A stretch of 63,069 bases of DNA, counting the filler, from Licmophora abbreviata (taxonomy: Eukaryota): NCBI GenBank assembly GCA_900291995.1. It is 16 parts of 16 records of this genome, joined end to end, with 100 filler letters (N's around TTAATTAATTAA, not from the genome) between each part and the next. Parts side by side here need not be neighbours in the genome. Positions count along the whole stretch, not along the records: positions 1 to 11,556 come from OLMU01005131.1; positions 11,657 to 13,671 come from OLMU01005133.1; positions 13,772 to 21,000 come from OLMU01005134.1; 13 more parts are not named here. One strand, written 5' to 3'. How positions within the stretch are numbered: position 1 is the first letter of the stretch; each line of letters begins with the position of its first letter. Below, piece by piece: positions 9,092-19,370 of the stretch. The notes below the pieces were generated by a model, which worked only from the letters and a program-made list of their open reading frames with translations, had not been told where the DNA came from and ran no database searches. Both the position numbers and the translations under genes were made by a program.

Positions 9092-10291
9092 CTAGCCGCG
9101 GTCCAGGATAGACGAATAGAGCAGCGCGCCCCAGCCGGTCAGTTCTGCCTCGATCCGCGCCCATATGGCGCCCATCGAGATGGGGTCGGTGCGGGTCACC
9201 TGAGCGATCTGCGCAAGGCTGCGCCGCCCATCGATGGCCGCGATCAGGGGGGCGGCCTCTTTCGGCAAGATCAGACGCGCGGTCACCGAACCGAAGCCAA
9301 GTTGCGGATGCTTGCCCTGGGCCACGGCTTGCGCCAAGGCGCGAGGGTCGACGCCTTTGAGATGGGGAATGCGCGCACGGTTGCGCCCCAAGGCCGGGCC
9401 ACGCGGCGCGTCCGAGGCCACGGCATAGCCGACATGCGTCTTGATCGTGCCATTGAGCTTTTCGGCCACGGCCATGGCCTCGGCATCGCTCAAGTGGTCG
9501 GGCCGCTCGGTCAAACGAGCCAGATCATAGAGCGCGGGCATGGTGAAACCCGAAAGGGCCCAGCCCGTTGCCTGCATCACCTCGAGCAGTTCGGTCACGG
9601 TGAAGGCGCGGTCCTGGCTGTGCAGCAGCAGATCGTAGAAGCCAGCATCGCTGTCCTTGTGATCGCCGAGATTGGGGTTTGTCAGGAAAGGATGCCCTTT
9701 AGGCAGACGCGCGAGCAAGGCTCGTGCACGCGACAGCCGGTCTTCGGGGGCAAGCCCTTCAAAAAGCGCGCCGAAGGCGGCCTGCAAAGGATAGACACCC
9801 GAGCGGCCATAGGGCGCATAGACCATGAAGCCCATGCCACCCCCCGGCGCAAGCGCTGCGCGCAAAGCGGTGAAGCCCGCCGCCGGATCGGGCAGGTGAT
9901 GCAGCACCCCGCAGCAGTCGATATAATCGAACTCTCCCAGATCGGGCGCGTCGAGTAGGCTGCCGGTGAGGAAGGTGATCGCGTCCAGACCGCGCGCCGC
10001 CGCACGCGCTTCGGCCACCTGTCGGGACGCGGTGGAGAGGTCGAGATAGGTTACCTCGCAGGCGCGGCCCGCCTGTTTCATCAGAGCGGCGATCTGGATC
10101 AGTCCGTCGCCCGTGCCGCCGCCGGCCACCAGAACGCGCAGCGGCTGCGACCAGTCGCGGCACCCGTCGAACAGGAAATGGTCGATTTCCAAGGGGTGTG
10201 AAGGAGAGCCGGTGACAAGGCGCCGCGTCTCGTCGGCGGGATCGCGTTCGGGATAGGGATAGGCTTCGTACTGGGCCTTGACGGTGGTCAT
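9092..10291 (-). CDS. Class I SAM-dependent methyltransferase
   Basis: QYEAYPYP N-terminus, VLVAGGGTG SAM motif and FDYIDCCGVLHHL. Confidence 0.85.
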   Translation of the reverse strand: MTTVKAQYEAYPYPERDPADETRRLVTGSPSHPLEIDHFLFDGCRDWSQPLRVLVAGGGTGDGLIQIAALMKQAGRACEVTYLDLSTASRQVAEARAAARGLDAITFLTGSLLDAPDLGEFDYIDCCGVLHHLPDPAAGFTALRAALAPGGGMGFMVYAPYGRSGVYPLQAAFGALFEGLAPEDRLSRARALLARLPKGHPFLTNPNLGDHKDSDAGFYDLLLHSQDRAFTVTELLEVMQATGWALSGFTMPALYDLARLTERPDHLSDAEAMAVAEKLNGTIKTHVGYAVASDAPRGPALGRNRARIPHLKGVDPRALAQAVAQGKHPQLGFGSVTARLILPKEAAPLIAAIDGRRSLAQIAQVTRTDPISMGAIWARIEAELTGWGALLYSSILDRG

Positions 10292-10417
10292 TCCACGCCT
10301 CGTGAGGATGGGGGCATCAGTCCGAGTGTGCCTTGCCGGAGCGGGATTGCAAAGGGGGCGGCGGCCCCTTGGGTTTGGCGCTTGACCGGGGCGCGCGCGC
10401 AGGGCATCACCCGTGGC

Positions 10418-10756
10418 ATGCTGATATACAAGATTTTCCGCACCGACGAATGGCAAGCGCTGCGCCGCGAGGGCGTCACGAGTGGCGCGCCGGTCGACTT
10501 GGCCGATGGCTATATCCATTTCTCGACCATGGAACAGGCGGCCGAGACGGCCGCGAAGCATTTCGCGGGACAGGACGGGCTGATGCTGGTGGCGGTCGAG
10601 GCCGAGGCGCTTGGCGAGGCCCTGAAATGGGAGCCGTCACGCGGCGGTGCGCTGTTTCCGCATCTTTATCGCGATCTTCGGCTGGAGGATGTGCATTGGG
10701 CGCAACCGCTGCCGCTGGCCGATGGGGTGCACCAGTTTCCGCCGGGGCTGCAATGA
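10418..10756 (+). CDS. DUF952 family protein
   Basis: IYKI...DGYIHFST...[16 protein letters not shown], in its usual position upstream of pyrD. Confidence 0.9.
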   Translation: MLIYKIFRTDEWQALRREGVTSGAPVDLADGYIHFSTMEQAAETAAKHFAGQDGLMLVAVEAEALGEALKWEPSRGGALFPHLYRDLRLEDVHWAQPLPLADGVHQFPPGLQ

Positions 10757-11556
10757 GCATGCTGGAACGACTGGGGCTGGCGGCGCTGCACCGGCTTGAG
10801 CCGGAGCGCGCCCATGACGCGGCACTGCTGGCGCTGCGCGCGGGGCTGACGCCCCTGCCCGGGCTTGTCACATCGGACAGGCTCCGCTGCGAGGTGGCGG
10901 GGCTTCATATGCCCAACCCGGTGGGGCTGGCGGCGGGGTTCGACAAGAACGCGGTGGCGCTGTCGCCGCTGAGCCGCGCCGGGTTCGGGTTTCTGGAAGT
11001 GGGCGCCGTGACGCCCCGCGCGCAACCCGGCAATCCGCGCCCACGGCTTTTCCGGCTGGCGCAGGATCGCGCAGTGATCAACCGTTTCGGCTTCAACAAC
11101 GAGGGCATGGAAACGGTGGGCGCAAGGCTGGCCACGCGTCCGCGCGATGCGGTGATCGGGCTCAATCTGGGGGCCAACAAGGACAGCGCGGACCGGGCCG
11201 AGGATTTCGCCCGGGTGCTGGCGCATTGCGGACGGAATCTGGATTTCGCGACGGTCAATGTGAGCAGTCCCAACACCGAGAAACTGCGCGACCTTCAAGG
11301 CGCCGAAGCGTTGGCCGGGCTGCTGGCCGGGGTGATGGCGGCGCGCGACGGGCTGCCGCGCGCGATCCCGATATTCCTCAAGATCGCCCCTGATCTGAGC
11401 GATGCCGAGCTGTCGGAGATCGCGGATGTCGCCATGAAGGCCGGGCTCGCGGGGATCATCGCGACCAACACGACGCTGGACCGGGAAGGGCTGCACGGCC
11501 CGCACGCAACGGAAAAAGGCGGGCTGTCGGGCACGCCGCTGTTCGAAAAATCGACG
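10753..11556 (+). CDS. pyrD: Quinone-dependent dihydroorotate dehydrogenase (3' end lost in gap)
   Basis: [38 protein letters not shown] and GGLSG motifs. Confidence 0.96.
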
Positions 11557-11656
11557 NNNNNNNNNNNNNNNNNNNNNNNNNNNNNNNNNNNNNNNNNNNN
11601 TTAATTAATTAANNNNNNNNNNNNNNNNNNNNNNNNNNNNNNNNNNNNNNNNNNNN
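11557..11656. other. Artificial 100-nt contig spacer (N44-TTAATTAATTAA-N44), first of 15
   Basis: The same spacer begins at 11557, 13672, 21001, 29344, 34828, 40529, 41693, 43966, 45889, 47010, 50734, 53932, 56545, 59214 and 60774. The core puts stops in all six frames. Confidence 0.99.
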
Positions 11657-12951
11657 ACAGGGCGCGCGCCAGAAAGCTGATGAGCAGCGCGGCCCAAAGG
11701 CCGTGATTGCCATGAGCGGGCAGCAAGAGAGAGGCCGCCAGCACGTAAACGGCAAGGCTGAGTGCCATCATGTTGCGCATGTCGCGGGTGCGGGTGGCGC
11801 CGATGAAGATACCGTCGAGCATATAGGAGGCCAGCCCAAACAGGGGCGCGGCCACCATCCATGGCAGATAGAGCCGGGCAGTGTCCTGCACCGCCGCGTT
11901 GCGCGCCATCAGGTCGATGATCGCAGGGCCGAGCAGAGCGAAGCTCAGCGAAAGGCCGATCACCGCGACCACGCCCCATTGGCTGGAGATGAGGGCCGCA
12001 CGGCGCAGGCGGGCCGGATCATGGCGGCCCATGGCCTGACCCACCAGAGCCTCGGCGGCGAAGGCGAAGCCGTCCAGCGCATAGGCGGTGATGTGCAGGA
12101 ACTGCATCAGCACCTGGTTGGCGGCGAGCGTCACATCGCCGAGGCCCGCGCCGAGAAAGAGGAACGACACGAAGATGCCCTGGAGCATGAGCGAGCGCAG
12201 CAGGATGTCGGTATTGACCTGCGCCATGCGGCGCAGCGCCGGGCCGTCGAAGACCCGAGGCCAGTCGCGCCAGGCCGGCACCGCGAAGGCATCGCGGCAG
12301 AGCCAGAGCGCCAGGGCCAGCCCGCCCCATTCAGCCAGGAACGTAGCCTGCGCCACACCCTTGACGCCCCAGCCGAGGCCCAAGACGAACCACAGATCGA
12401 GGCCAATATTGATGCCGTTCATCGCCACCTGGATGATCAGCACCGCGCGCGTGCGCTCGAGGGCGATCAGCCAGCCGGTGACGCCATAGAGCGCAATGAT
12501 GGCGGGGGCGCTCCAGATGCGGATCGCAAGGTAGTCATGGGCCAGCGCCTCGACCTCGGGGCTGGCGGGCGCGAGCAGAAAGGCCGCGTGGAACAGCGGC
12601 AGCTGCAGCGCGATCACCGCCACCCCCGCCGATCCCTGCCACCATCAGCGCTCGGGTGAGCAGCGCCGCCACCTCGCCCCGGCGCCCGGCGCCATGGGCC
12701 TGACTGGTCAGACCCGTGGTGCCCATGCGCAGAAAACCGAACACCCAGTAGAGCGCCGAGAGGATCACCGCGCCGATTCCCACCGCACCAATCGGCGCGG
12801 CAAGGCCCATCTGGCCCACCACAGCGGTATCCACCGCGCCCAGGATCGGCACGGTGATATTGGCCAGAACGATGGGAATGGCGATTTTCAGAACACGGGC
12901 ATGGGTGATCGCCGCAGACCCCGGACCCGCCGCCGGGACGATGTCAGCCAT
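11657..12951 (-). CDS. MATE (DinF-like) efflux transporter, with an apparent +1 indel near 12625 and 3' end in the gap
   Basis: N-terminal frame IAIPIVLANITVPILGAVDTAVVG...GFLRMGTTG. C-terminal frame LAANQVL...LDGIFIGAT. The frames switch at a G5 homopolymer. Confidence 0.88.
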
Positions 12952-13453
12952 CGCGCGGCGGCATGAGGAAATGGCCGGAAGCCTGCGCGAAGGGCCGCGC
13001 GCGATTGTCCTGCCATGCCTCGACATGCACCGAGGCGTATCGCCGTCCCGAGCGCGTCACCTGCGCGCGCGCATAGGCATCGCGCGGCAGGCCAGAGCGC
13101 AGATAGTCGACGGTGAAACCGATCGTCTTGGGCAGGCGCGGCAGCCGACCCCGGGCCAGATCGTCGGGATCGAGCCGGCCGCTTTCGATCTCGTCCCAGA
13201 GCATCGACCAGCTCAGGCCGATGATCGCCGTCACCTCGAGAAAGGCAGCTGTGGCCCCGCCATGCAGGGCCGGCAGCAGCGGGTTGCCGATCAGCTTGTC
13301 CTCGAAAGGCATGATCGCGGTCAACTCGTCGCCGCGCCGGTCGAAGGTGATGCCGAGAAAGCCGATATAGGGCACGCCGCGCACCAAAGCCCCGAGAGCA
13401 GCGTCGCGGCGCTGCTTGACCACCTGAACAGGTTCGGGACGGGGGCGCGCCAT
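12944..13453 (-). CDS. PaaI family hotdog-fold thioesterase
   Basis: LIGNPLLPALHGGATAAFLE and TVDYLRSG motifs. Confidence 0.9.
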   Translation of the reverse strand: MARPRPEPVQVVKQRRDAALGALVRGVPYIGFLGITFDRRGDELTAIMPFEDKLIGNPLLPALHGGATAAFLEVTAIIGLSWSMLWDEIESGRLDPDDLARGRLPRLPKTIGFTVDYLRSGLPRDAYARAQVTRSGRRYASVHVEAWQDNRARPFAQASGHFLMPPRDG

Positions 13454-14006
13454 CAGGAGGACTCGACCGTGAAGGTGCCGGTGGCGGTGGCAACGGGGCG
13501 GTCTGCATCGTCATCCATCGCACGGGCGCGCACGAAGGCCACGGAGCGGGTGATGTGGAAGCATTCGGCCTGCGCGCGGATCCGCTGGCCGGGGGTGCGG
13601 GACGCATGTAGTCGATGCGCAGGTCGATCGTGGCGGTGGAGCCGGGATTGCGGGGGTGGCTCATCGCGGCGNNNNNNNNNNNNNNNNNNNNNNNNNNNNN
13701 NNNNNNNNNNNNNNNTTAATTAATTAANNNNNNNNNNNNNNNNNNNNNNNNNNNNNNNNNNNNNNNNNNNNAGCCGGGATTGCGGGGGTGGCTCATCGCG
13801 GCGGCACCGCAGCATGTGTCCATCAGGGCCGATACCGCGCCGCCATGGATCACCCCGGTTTCAGGATCGCCGATAAAACGCTCGTCATACGCCATGACGA
13901 TCTCGGCGGTGCCTTCGCCGATCGAGGTCAGCTCCATCCCGAGGGCCCGGGAATGCGGGATCGCGGTGATGAACTGCTCGGCGATTTTCGTCTTGTCCAC
14001 GCTCAT
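13453..14006 (-). CDS. PaaI family thioesterase (spans a gap; apparent 1-nt deletion near 13597)
   Basis: IGDPETGVIHGGAVSALMDTCCG and TATIDLRIDYMRP, then a shifted frame TPGQRIRAQAECFHITRSVAFVRA...ATGTFTVESS. Contig ends overlap (13640-13671 = 13772-13803). Confidence 0.85.
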
Positions 14007-14131
14007 GCGGTTCCTGCGCCCATCCTGTGCCGGTCATCCCCTTTATGGGCCTGAACGTGCGGGCGCTGCAAGTGGGGTGGTTGCCCTTGCGCGCGCTTGA
14101 CCCTAATTTCGGTGGTAGGGAGACGTCGCCG

Positions 14132-14500
14132 ATGTCAGACAAACGCCTGTCGTTCAAGGAAATGTGCGCGATGTTCGATGTAACGCCGCGCACGCTACGC
14201 TATTATGAATATATCGAGCTGATCTTTCCAGAACGAGACGGGCGGTCACGCTTCTACGGCCCACGCGAGGTGGCACGGATGACGCTCATCCTGCGCGGGC
14301 GCAAATTCGGCTTTGCACTCGAGGAAATCCGGCAATGGCTGCTGATCTACGAGCATGAGGGAACCGAGGCGCAGATGCGCACCTGGGTCGAGCTGGCGGA
14401 TCGGCAATTGGCCGAACTGGCCGAGCAGAAGGCCCAGCTGGACGACACGATGAACGAATTGCGTGCGCTGCGCGACGAGACCAAGGCCAGCCTGAGCTGA
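14132..14500 (+). CDS. MerR family transcriptional regulator (LiuR-like)
   Basis: FDVTPRTLRYYE...LILRGRKFGFALEEI. Confidence 0.9.
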   Translation: MSDKRLSFKEMCAMFDVTPRTLRYYEYIELIFPERDGRSRFYGPREVARMTLILRGRKFGFALEEIRQWLLIYEHEGTEAQMRTWVELADRQLAELAEQKAQLDDTMNELRALRDETKASLS

Positions 14501-14593
14501 TCCGGTCTGAGATGCCGAGTTTTCCAACGTGCCATGGGCGCAAGGCGGCGACTGCACCGCAAGGAAATTTCACCGGTTACGGCATTACCTTGC

Positions 14594-14641
14594 GTGATCT
14601 TACGTCAACTTGAAAGTGACGTGACGTAGTTGTTACGTCAC
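14594..14641. promoter_or_regulatory. Putative LiuR-type operator sites
   Basis: Clustered TACGTCAAC, TGACGT and TTACGTCA half-sites resemble the LiuR palindrome. They lie upstream of the second MerR gene and the acyl-CoA dehydrogenase. Confidence 0.55.
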
Positions 14642-14712
14642 CTTCATGAGCTGTTGTAACGATAGCCGTGACGGTCCAATTCGGCGGAAGACACACAATT
14701 TGGACATTCAGG

Positions 14713-15117
14713 ATGATGACTGAACAGACAATGACAATCCGGCAGATGTGCGACGCGTTCGACGTCACACCGCGCACCTTGCGATTTTACGAGGCCAAGG
14801 AGCTGCTGTTTCCCCGTCGCGAGGGGCAGAAGCGGCTGTTCACCAAGCGTGACCGCGCCCGGCTCAAGCTGATCCTGCGCGGCAAGCGCTTCGGCTTCCA
14901 GCTGGAGGAGATCCGGCAGCTTCTGGATCTTTACGACAAGGGCGACCAGCAGCTGACACAGCTGACCCGGTCCTACGAGATCGCGCAGGAGCGACTGGTG
15001 GAGCTGGAGCGCCAGCGCGACGAGCTGACCACCGCGATCGACGACCTGCAGGACCAGATGCGGTGGGGTGAGAAGATGATCGCCTCGATCCGCCAATCGA
15101 AAAACGCCGCCGAGTAA
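14713..15117 (+). CDS. MerR family transcriptional regulator (LiuR-like)
   Basis: TIRQMCDAFDVTPRTLRFYEAKELL...RDRARLKLILRGKRFGF. Confidence 0.92.
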   Translation: MMTEQTMTIRQMCDAFDVTPRTLRFYEAKELLFPRREGQKRLFTKRDRARLKLILRGKRFGFQLEEIRQLLDLYDKGDQQLTQLTRSYEIAQERLVELERQRDELTTAIDDLQDQMRWGEKMIASIRQSKNAAE

Positions 15118-15153
15118 CGCGGCCCCGACACCAAAGCGCCAAGGGAGAGAGCC

Positions 15154-16950
15154 ATGCCCACCTACACCCCGCCCACCAAGGACATGCAGTTCATCCTGCA
15201 CGATGTGCTCGAGGTCTCGGCCATGCAGGTGCCCGGCTATGACGAGTTGGACCGCGATTTCACTGCCGCCGTGCTGGAAGAGGCGGGCAAGATCGCCTCG
15301 GACGTTCTGGCGCCGCTGAACGTGGTGGGCGACCGGCATGGATGCACGCTGGAGAATGGCGTGGTGCGCACGCCTGACGGGTTCAAGGAGGCCTTCGACA
15401 CGCTGCGCGAGGGTGGCTGGACCGCGCTCGATTGCGACCCGGAGTATGGCGGACAGGGGCTGCCCTATCTGATCTCGACAGCGGTGGGCGAGATGTTTTC
15501 TTCGGCCAACATGGCGTTCAACATGTATCCCGGCCTGACCCATGGCGCCTATAACACGATCCATGCCCATGGCAGCGAGGCGCAGAAGCGCACATACCTG
15601 CCCAAGATGGTCACCTGCGAATGGGGCGGCACGATGAACCTGACCGAGCCGCATTGCGGCACCGATCTGGGGCTGATCCGCACGAAGGCCGAACCGGCGG
15701 AGGACGGCACCTACAGGATCAGCGGGCAGAAGATCTGGATCTCGGCGGGCGAGCACGACATGTGCGAGAACATCATCCATCTGGTGCTGGCCAAGCTGCC
15801 CGATGCGCCCGAGGGGACCAAGGGCATTTCCCTGTTCATCGTGCCGAAATTCCTGGTGAACGAGGATGGCAGCCTTGGCGCGCGCAATGCGCTGTCCTGC
15901 GGCGGTCTGGAACAGAAGATGGGCATTCACGGCAATGCCACCTGCGTGATGAATTACGACGGCGCCACAGGGTTTCTGGTGGGCGAGCCGCACAAGGGCA
16001 TGCGCGCGATGTTCACCATGATGAACGAGGCGCGGCTTGGCGTGGGGCTACAAGGCTACGCGCAGGGCGAGGTCGCTTATCAGAACGCGCTCGGCTTTGC
16101 GCTGGACCGTCTGCAGGGGCGCGACGTGACCGGCACGCAAGCGCCCGACAAGCCCGCCGATCCGATCATCGTACACCCAGATGTGCGGCGCAACCTGATG
16201 GATCAGAAAGCCTTTGTCGAAGGCGCGCGGGCCTTCACCTTCTGGGGGGCGTCACTGCTGGATGCGGGCCACCGCGCAGGCGATGCGCAAGCCGAGCAGA
16301 TGGTGTCGCTGATGACCCCGGTGATCAAGGGCTTCCTGACCGACAAGGGCTTCGAGACGACGGTTCTGGCGCAGCAGACGCTTGGCGGATCGGGCTTCAC
16401 CCGCGAATGGGGGCTCGAGCAATTCGTGCGCGATGCAAGGATCACCATGATCTATGAGGGCACCAACGGCATCCAGGCGCTGGATCTGGTGGGCCGCAAG
16501 CTGGCGCAGAATGGCGGCAAGGCGATCATGGCCTTCTTCGAGATGATCAAGGGCTACATCAAGGAGAATTCAGGCGAGGACCCCGCCTTCGACGCGCAGT
16601 TCCTCGACCCGCTGAAGGCCGCCAGCAAGGACCTGCAGGCGGCGGGCATGTATTTCATGCAAAACGGCATGAAAAATCCCAACAATGCCCTGTCGGGCAG
16701 CTATGATTTCATGCATCTCTTCGGCCATGTCTGCCTTGGGCTGATGTGGGCGCGGATGGCACGCGCCGCCCGACAGGCCCTTGATAGCGGGACGACCGAT
16801 ACCGCCTTCCACGAGGCAAAGATCGCAACGGGACGGCACTACATGACGCGGCACCTGCCGATGACCGCCACGCATCTGGCCCGCATCGAGGCCGGCGGCG
16901 ACACGGTGATGGCGCTGGCGCCGGAACAATTCGCAAGCGCCGCGGGCTGA
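15154..16950 (+). CDS. Acyl-CoA dehydrogenase (long ~600-aa type)
   Basis: [25 protein letters not shown] and [13 protein letters not shown] motifs. Confidence 0.95.
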   Translation: MPTYTPPTKDMQFILHDVLEVSAMQVPGYDELDRDFTAAVLEEAGKIASDVLAPLNVVGDRHGCTLENGVVRTPDGFKEAFDTLREGGWTALDCDPEYGGQGLPYLISTAVGEMFSSANMAFNMYPGLTHGAYNTIHAHGSEAQKRTYLPKMVTCEWGGTMNLTEPHCGTDLGLIRTKAEPAEDGTYRISGQKIWISAGEHDMCENIIHLVLAKLPDAPEGTKGISLFIVPKFLVNEDGSLGARNALSCGGLEQKMGIHGNATCVMNYDGATGFLVGEPHKGMRAMFTMMNEARLGVGLQGYAQGEVAYQNALGFALDRLQGRDVTGTQAPDKPADPIIVHPDVRRNLMDQKAFVEGARAFTFWGASLLDAGHRAGDAQAEQMVSLMTPVIKGFLTDKGFETTVLAQQTLGGSGFTREWGLEQFVRDARITMIYEGTNGIQALDLVGRKLAQNGGKAIMAFFEMIKGYIKENSGEDPAFDAQFLDPLKAASKDLQAAGMYFMQNGMKNPNNALSGSYDFMHLFGHVCLGLMWARMARAARQALDSGTTDTAFHEAKIATGRHYMTRHLPMTATHLARIEAGGDTVMALAPEQFASAAG

Positions 16951-16983
16951 GACCGGGCCGCGTTGTGCGACAGGAGGAGAGCC

Positions 16984-17196
16984 ATGCCGAAACGCTTCAG
17001 GCTGACACGCCGCTTCAATGCGGCGATGACCGAGGACGGCTATCGCCGCCTGCGCCGCTTCGCGTCCGAGGCCAGGCTGGACGAAGGCGAGGCGCTGTCA
17101 TTTCTGTTCGAGAATTTCGACAGCGTGATCGACGAGGACACTTTCACCCATCGTCTGCGCCTGTTCAATTCCGAGCTTGACGCACGCAAACGCTGA
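16984..17196 (+). CDS. Small hypothetical protein (70 aa)
   Basis: AGGAGGAG RBS, sequence MPKRFRLTRRFNAAMTEDGYRRLRRF..., co-oriented within the operon. Confidence 0.75.
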   Translation: MPKRFRLTRRFNAAMTEDGYRRLRRFASEARLDEGEALSFLFENFDSVIDEDTFTHRLRLFNSELDARKR

Positions 17197-17294
17197 AGGG
17201 AGACGGCTCAATGCCAGACCAGGGCGCGCATCGCGAGGGCGTTCTCATCTCTCGGACATATGGGCCGTTAGCGGATGACAGGGGCCTCCGGTGG

Positions 17295-17460
17295 GAGTAT
17301 TTCGGGAACGATGAAAGCGCAGGGGGTTCGGCCCGTCGCGTCGACCGTCGCTCGGGCCCGCGGCGCGCTTTCGGTTCTGGCATCATGCGTAATGCCGACA
17401 TACCCCTTTCATCGTTCGGAAAATACTCTGCGGGGGTGTGGGGGTGCAAAACCCCCACCG
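17295..17460. repeat. Intergenic element with 23-nt imperfect inverted repeats and a terminal hairpin
   Basis: GAGTATTTCGGGAACGATGAAAG (17295-17317) pairs with CTTTCATCGTTCGGAAAATACTC (17406-17428). GTGGGGGT-GCAAA-ACCCCCAC follows. Confidence 0.65.
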
Positions 17461-17485
17461 CGCGGACAGCCAAAGGAAAGACGGC

Positions 17486-18121
17486 ATGACCATTCGGCTT
17501 TACTGTTTCGGAGAGAGCGGCAACGCCTACAAGGCGGCGCTGGCGCTGGAGTTGGCGGGACTCGACTGGGAACCGGTATACGTGGATTTTTTCGGCGGCG
17601 AGACTCGCGGCGAGACGTTCCGCAAGCTCAATCCCATGGGCGAGGTGCCGGTGCTTGTGGCGGATGGCGTGACCTTGACGCAATCGGGGGTCATGCAGAT
17701 GTATGTCACGGAAAAGACTGGCCAGTTCGGAGGTGCAACCCCTGAGGAGGCGCGCGAGGTGATGCGCTGGATGTTCTGGGACAATCACAAGCTCAGCAGT
17801 CAGGCGGGGATGACGCGCTTCTTAATGAACTTTTTGCCCGAAGCGAAACGCCCCGAAGGAGTTATCCCGTTTCTGCAGGGCCGGCTCAAAGCCGCGTATG
17901 GAGTGCTCGATGCGCATCTGGAAGGGCGCGATTGGATCGTGGGCCAGAGCCTGAGCCATGCCGATCTGTGTTGCTGCGGATATCTGTTCTATCCCGAACC
18001 GTTCGGCTTTGAGCGCGCGGACTGGCCCAATATCGACCGCTGGCTTTCCAATGTCGAAGCTCTGCCCGGCTGGAAACACCCCTATGACCTGATGCCCGGC
18101 TCGCCGGCCGATCGGGCCTGA
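17486..18121 (+). CDS. Glutathione S-transferase family protein
   Basis: ESGNAYK, LNPMGEVPVL, TQSG and SHADL motifs. Confidence 0.92.
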   Translation: MTIRLYCFGESGNAYKAALALELAGLDWEPVYVDFFGGETRGETFRKLNPMGEVPVLVADGVTLTQSGVMQMYVTEKTGQFGGATPEEAREVMRWMFWDNHKLSSQAGMTRFLMNFLPEAKRPEGVIPFLQGRLKAAYGVLDAHLEGRDWIVGQSLSHADLCCCGYLFYPEPFGFERADWPNIDRWLSNVEALPGWKHPYDLMPGSPADRA

Positions 18122-18136
18122 TTCAAGGAGACCATC

Positions 18137-19348
18137 ATGATCGACGCCTATATCTACGACACCGTGCGCACGCCGCGGGGCAAGGGCCGCAAGGATGGCG
18201 CGCTGCACGAGGTGACCAGCGTACGCCTCTCGGCGCTGGTTCTGAACGCGCTGAAGGACCGTAACGGGCTGGAGGGCCATGCCGTGGAGGACGTGATCTG
18301 GGGCAATGTCACCCAGGTCAAGGAACAGGGCGGCTGCCTGGCGCGCACCGCCGTTCTGGCCTCGGATCTGGACGAGGCGATCCCGGGGCTGGCGATCAAC
18401 CGGTTCTGCGCCTCGGGCATGGAGGCGGTGAACCTTGCCGCCAACCAGGTCAGGGGCGGCGCGGGCGAGGCCTATATCGCGGGCGGCGTCGAGATGATGG
18501 GTCGCGTGGCCATGGGCAGCGATGGCGCGGCCATCGCGGTCGACCCCAGCGTGGCGATGGAAAGCTATTTCGTCCCGCAGGGTATCAGCGCCGATATCAT
18601 CGCCACGGAATACGGCTTCACCCGGGATCAGGCGGATGCCCTGGCGGTGGAAAGCCAGAACCGCGCCGCGGCCGCCTGGGCCGACGGGCGGTTCGCGCGC
18701 TCGATCCTCGAGGTGAAGGACCAGAACGGGCTCACGATCCTTGATCGGGACGAGTACATGCGGCCCGGCACCGACATGCAGGCGCTTGGCGCGCTCAAGC
18801 CCAGTTTCAAGGAGATGGGCGAGGGCATGCCAGGCTTCGACGCCGTGGCCAAGCTGAAATACCCGCATCTTGAGCGGGTCGAGCATATCCACCATGCCGG
18901 CAATTCCTCGGGGATCGTGGATGGTGCTGCGGGTGTTCTGGTGGGCTCGAAGGCGTTTGGCGAAAAATGGGGCCTCACGCCGCGCGCCCGCATCCGCCAG
19001 ACCACCAAGATCGGCACCGATCCGACGATCATGCTGACCGGTCCGGTGCCGGCCACCGAAAAGGCGCTGCGCGACAGCGGCATGACGATCGGGGATATCG
19101 ACCTTTTCGAGGTCAACGAGGCCTTCGCCTCTGTCGTGCTGCGCTTCATGCAGGCCTTCGATGTGGACCCAGATGAGGTCAATGTGAATGGCGGCTCGAT
19201 CGCGATGGGCCATCCGCTTGGCGCGACCGGGGCGATCATCATCGGCACGCTGCTGGACGAGCTGGAGCGCAGCGACCGAGAAGTGGGGCTTGCCACGCTG
19301 TGCATCGCATCCGGCATGGGTGCGGCGACGATCATCGAACGCGTCTGA
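18137..19348 (+). CDS. Acetyl-CoA C-acyltransferase (thiolase)
   Basis: INRFCASG, NEAFA, GHPLGATG and LCIASGMG motifs. Confidence 0.96.
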   Translation: MIDAYIYDTVRTPRGKGRKDGALHEVTSVRLSALVLNALKDRNGLEGHAVEDVIWGNVTQVKEQGGCLARTAVLASDLDEAIPGLAINRFCASGMEAVNLAANQVRGGAGEAYIAGGVEMMGRVAMGSDGAAIAVDPSVAMESYFVPQGISADIIATEYGFTRDQADALAVESQNRAAAAWADGRFARSILEVKDQNGLTILDRDEYMRPGTDMQALGALKPSFKEMGEGMPGFDAVAKLKYPHLERVEHIHHAGNSSGIVDGAAGVLVGSKAFGEKWGLTPRARIRQTTKIGTDPTIMLTGPVPATEKALRDSGMTIGDIDLFEVNEAFASVVLRFMQAFDVDPDEVNVNGGSIAMGHPLGATGAIIIGTLLDELERSDREVGLATLCIASGMGAATIIERV

Positions 19349-19370
19349 GCGACCGACAGGAGACTGACAG

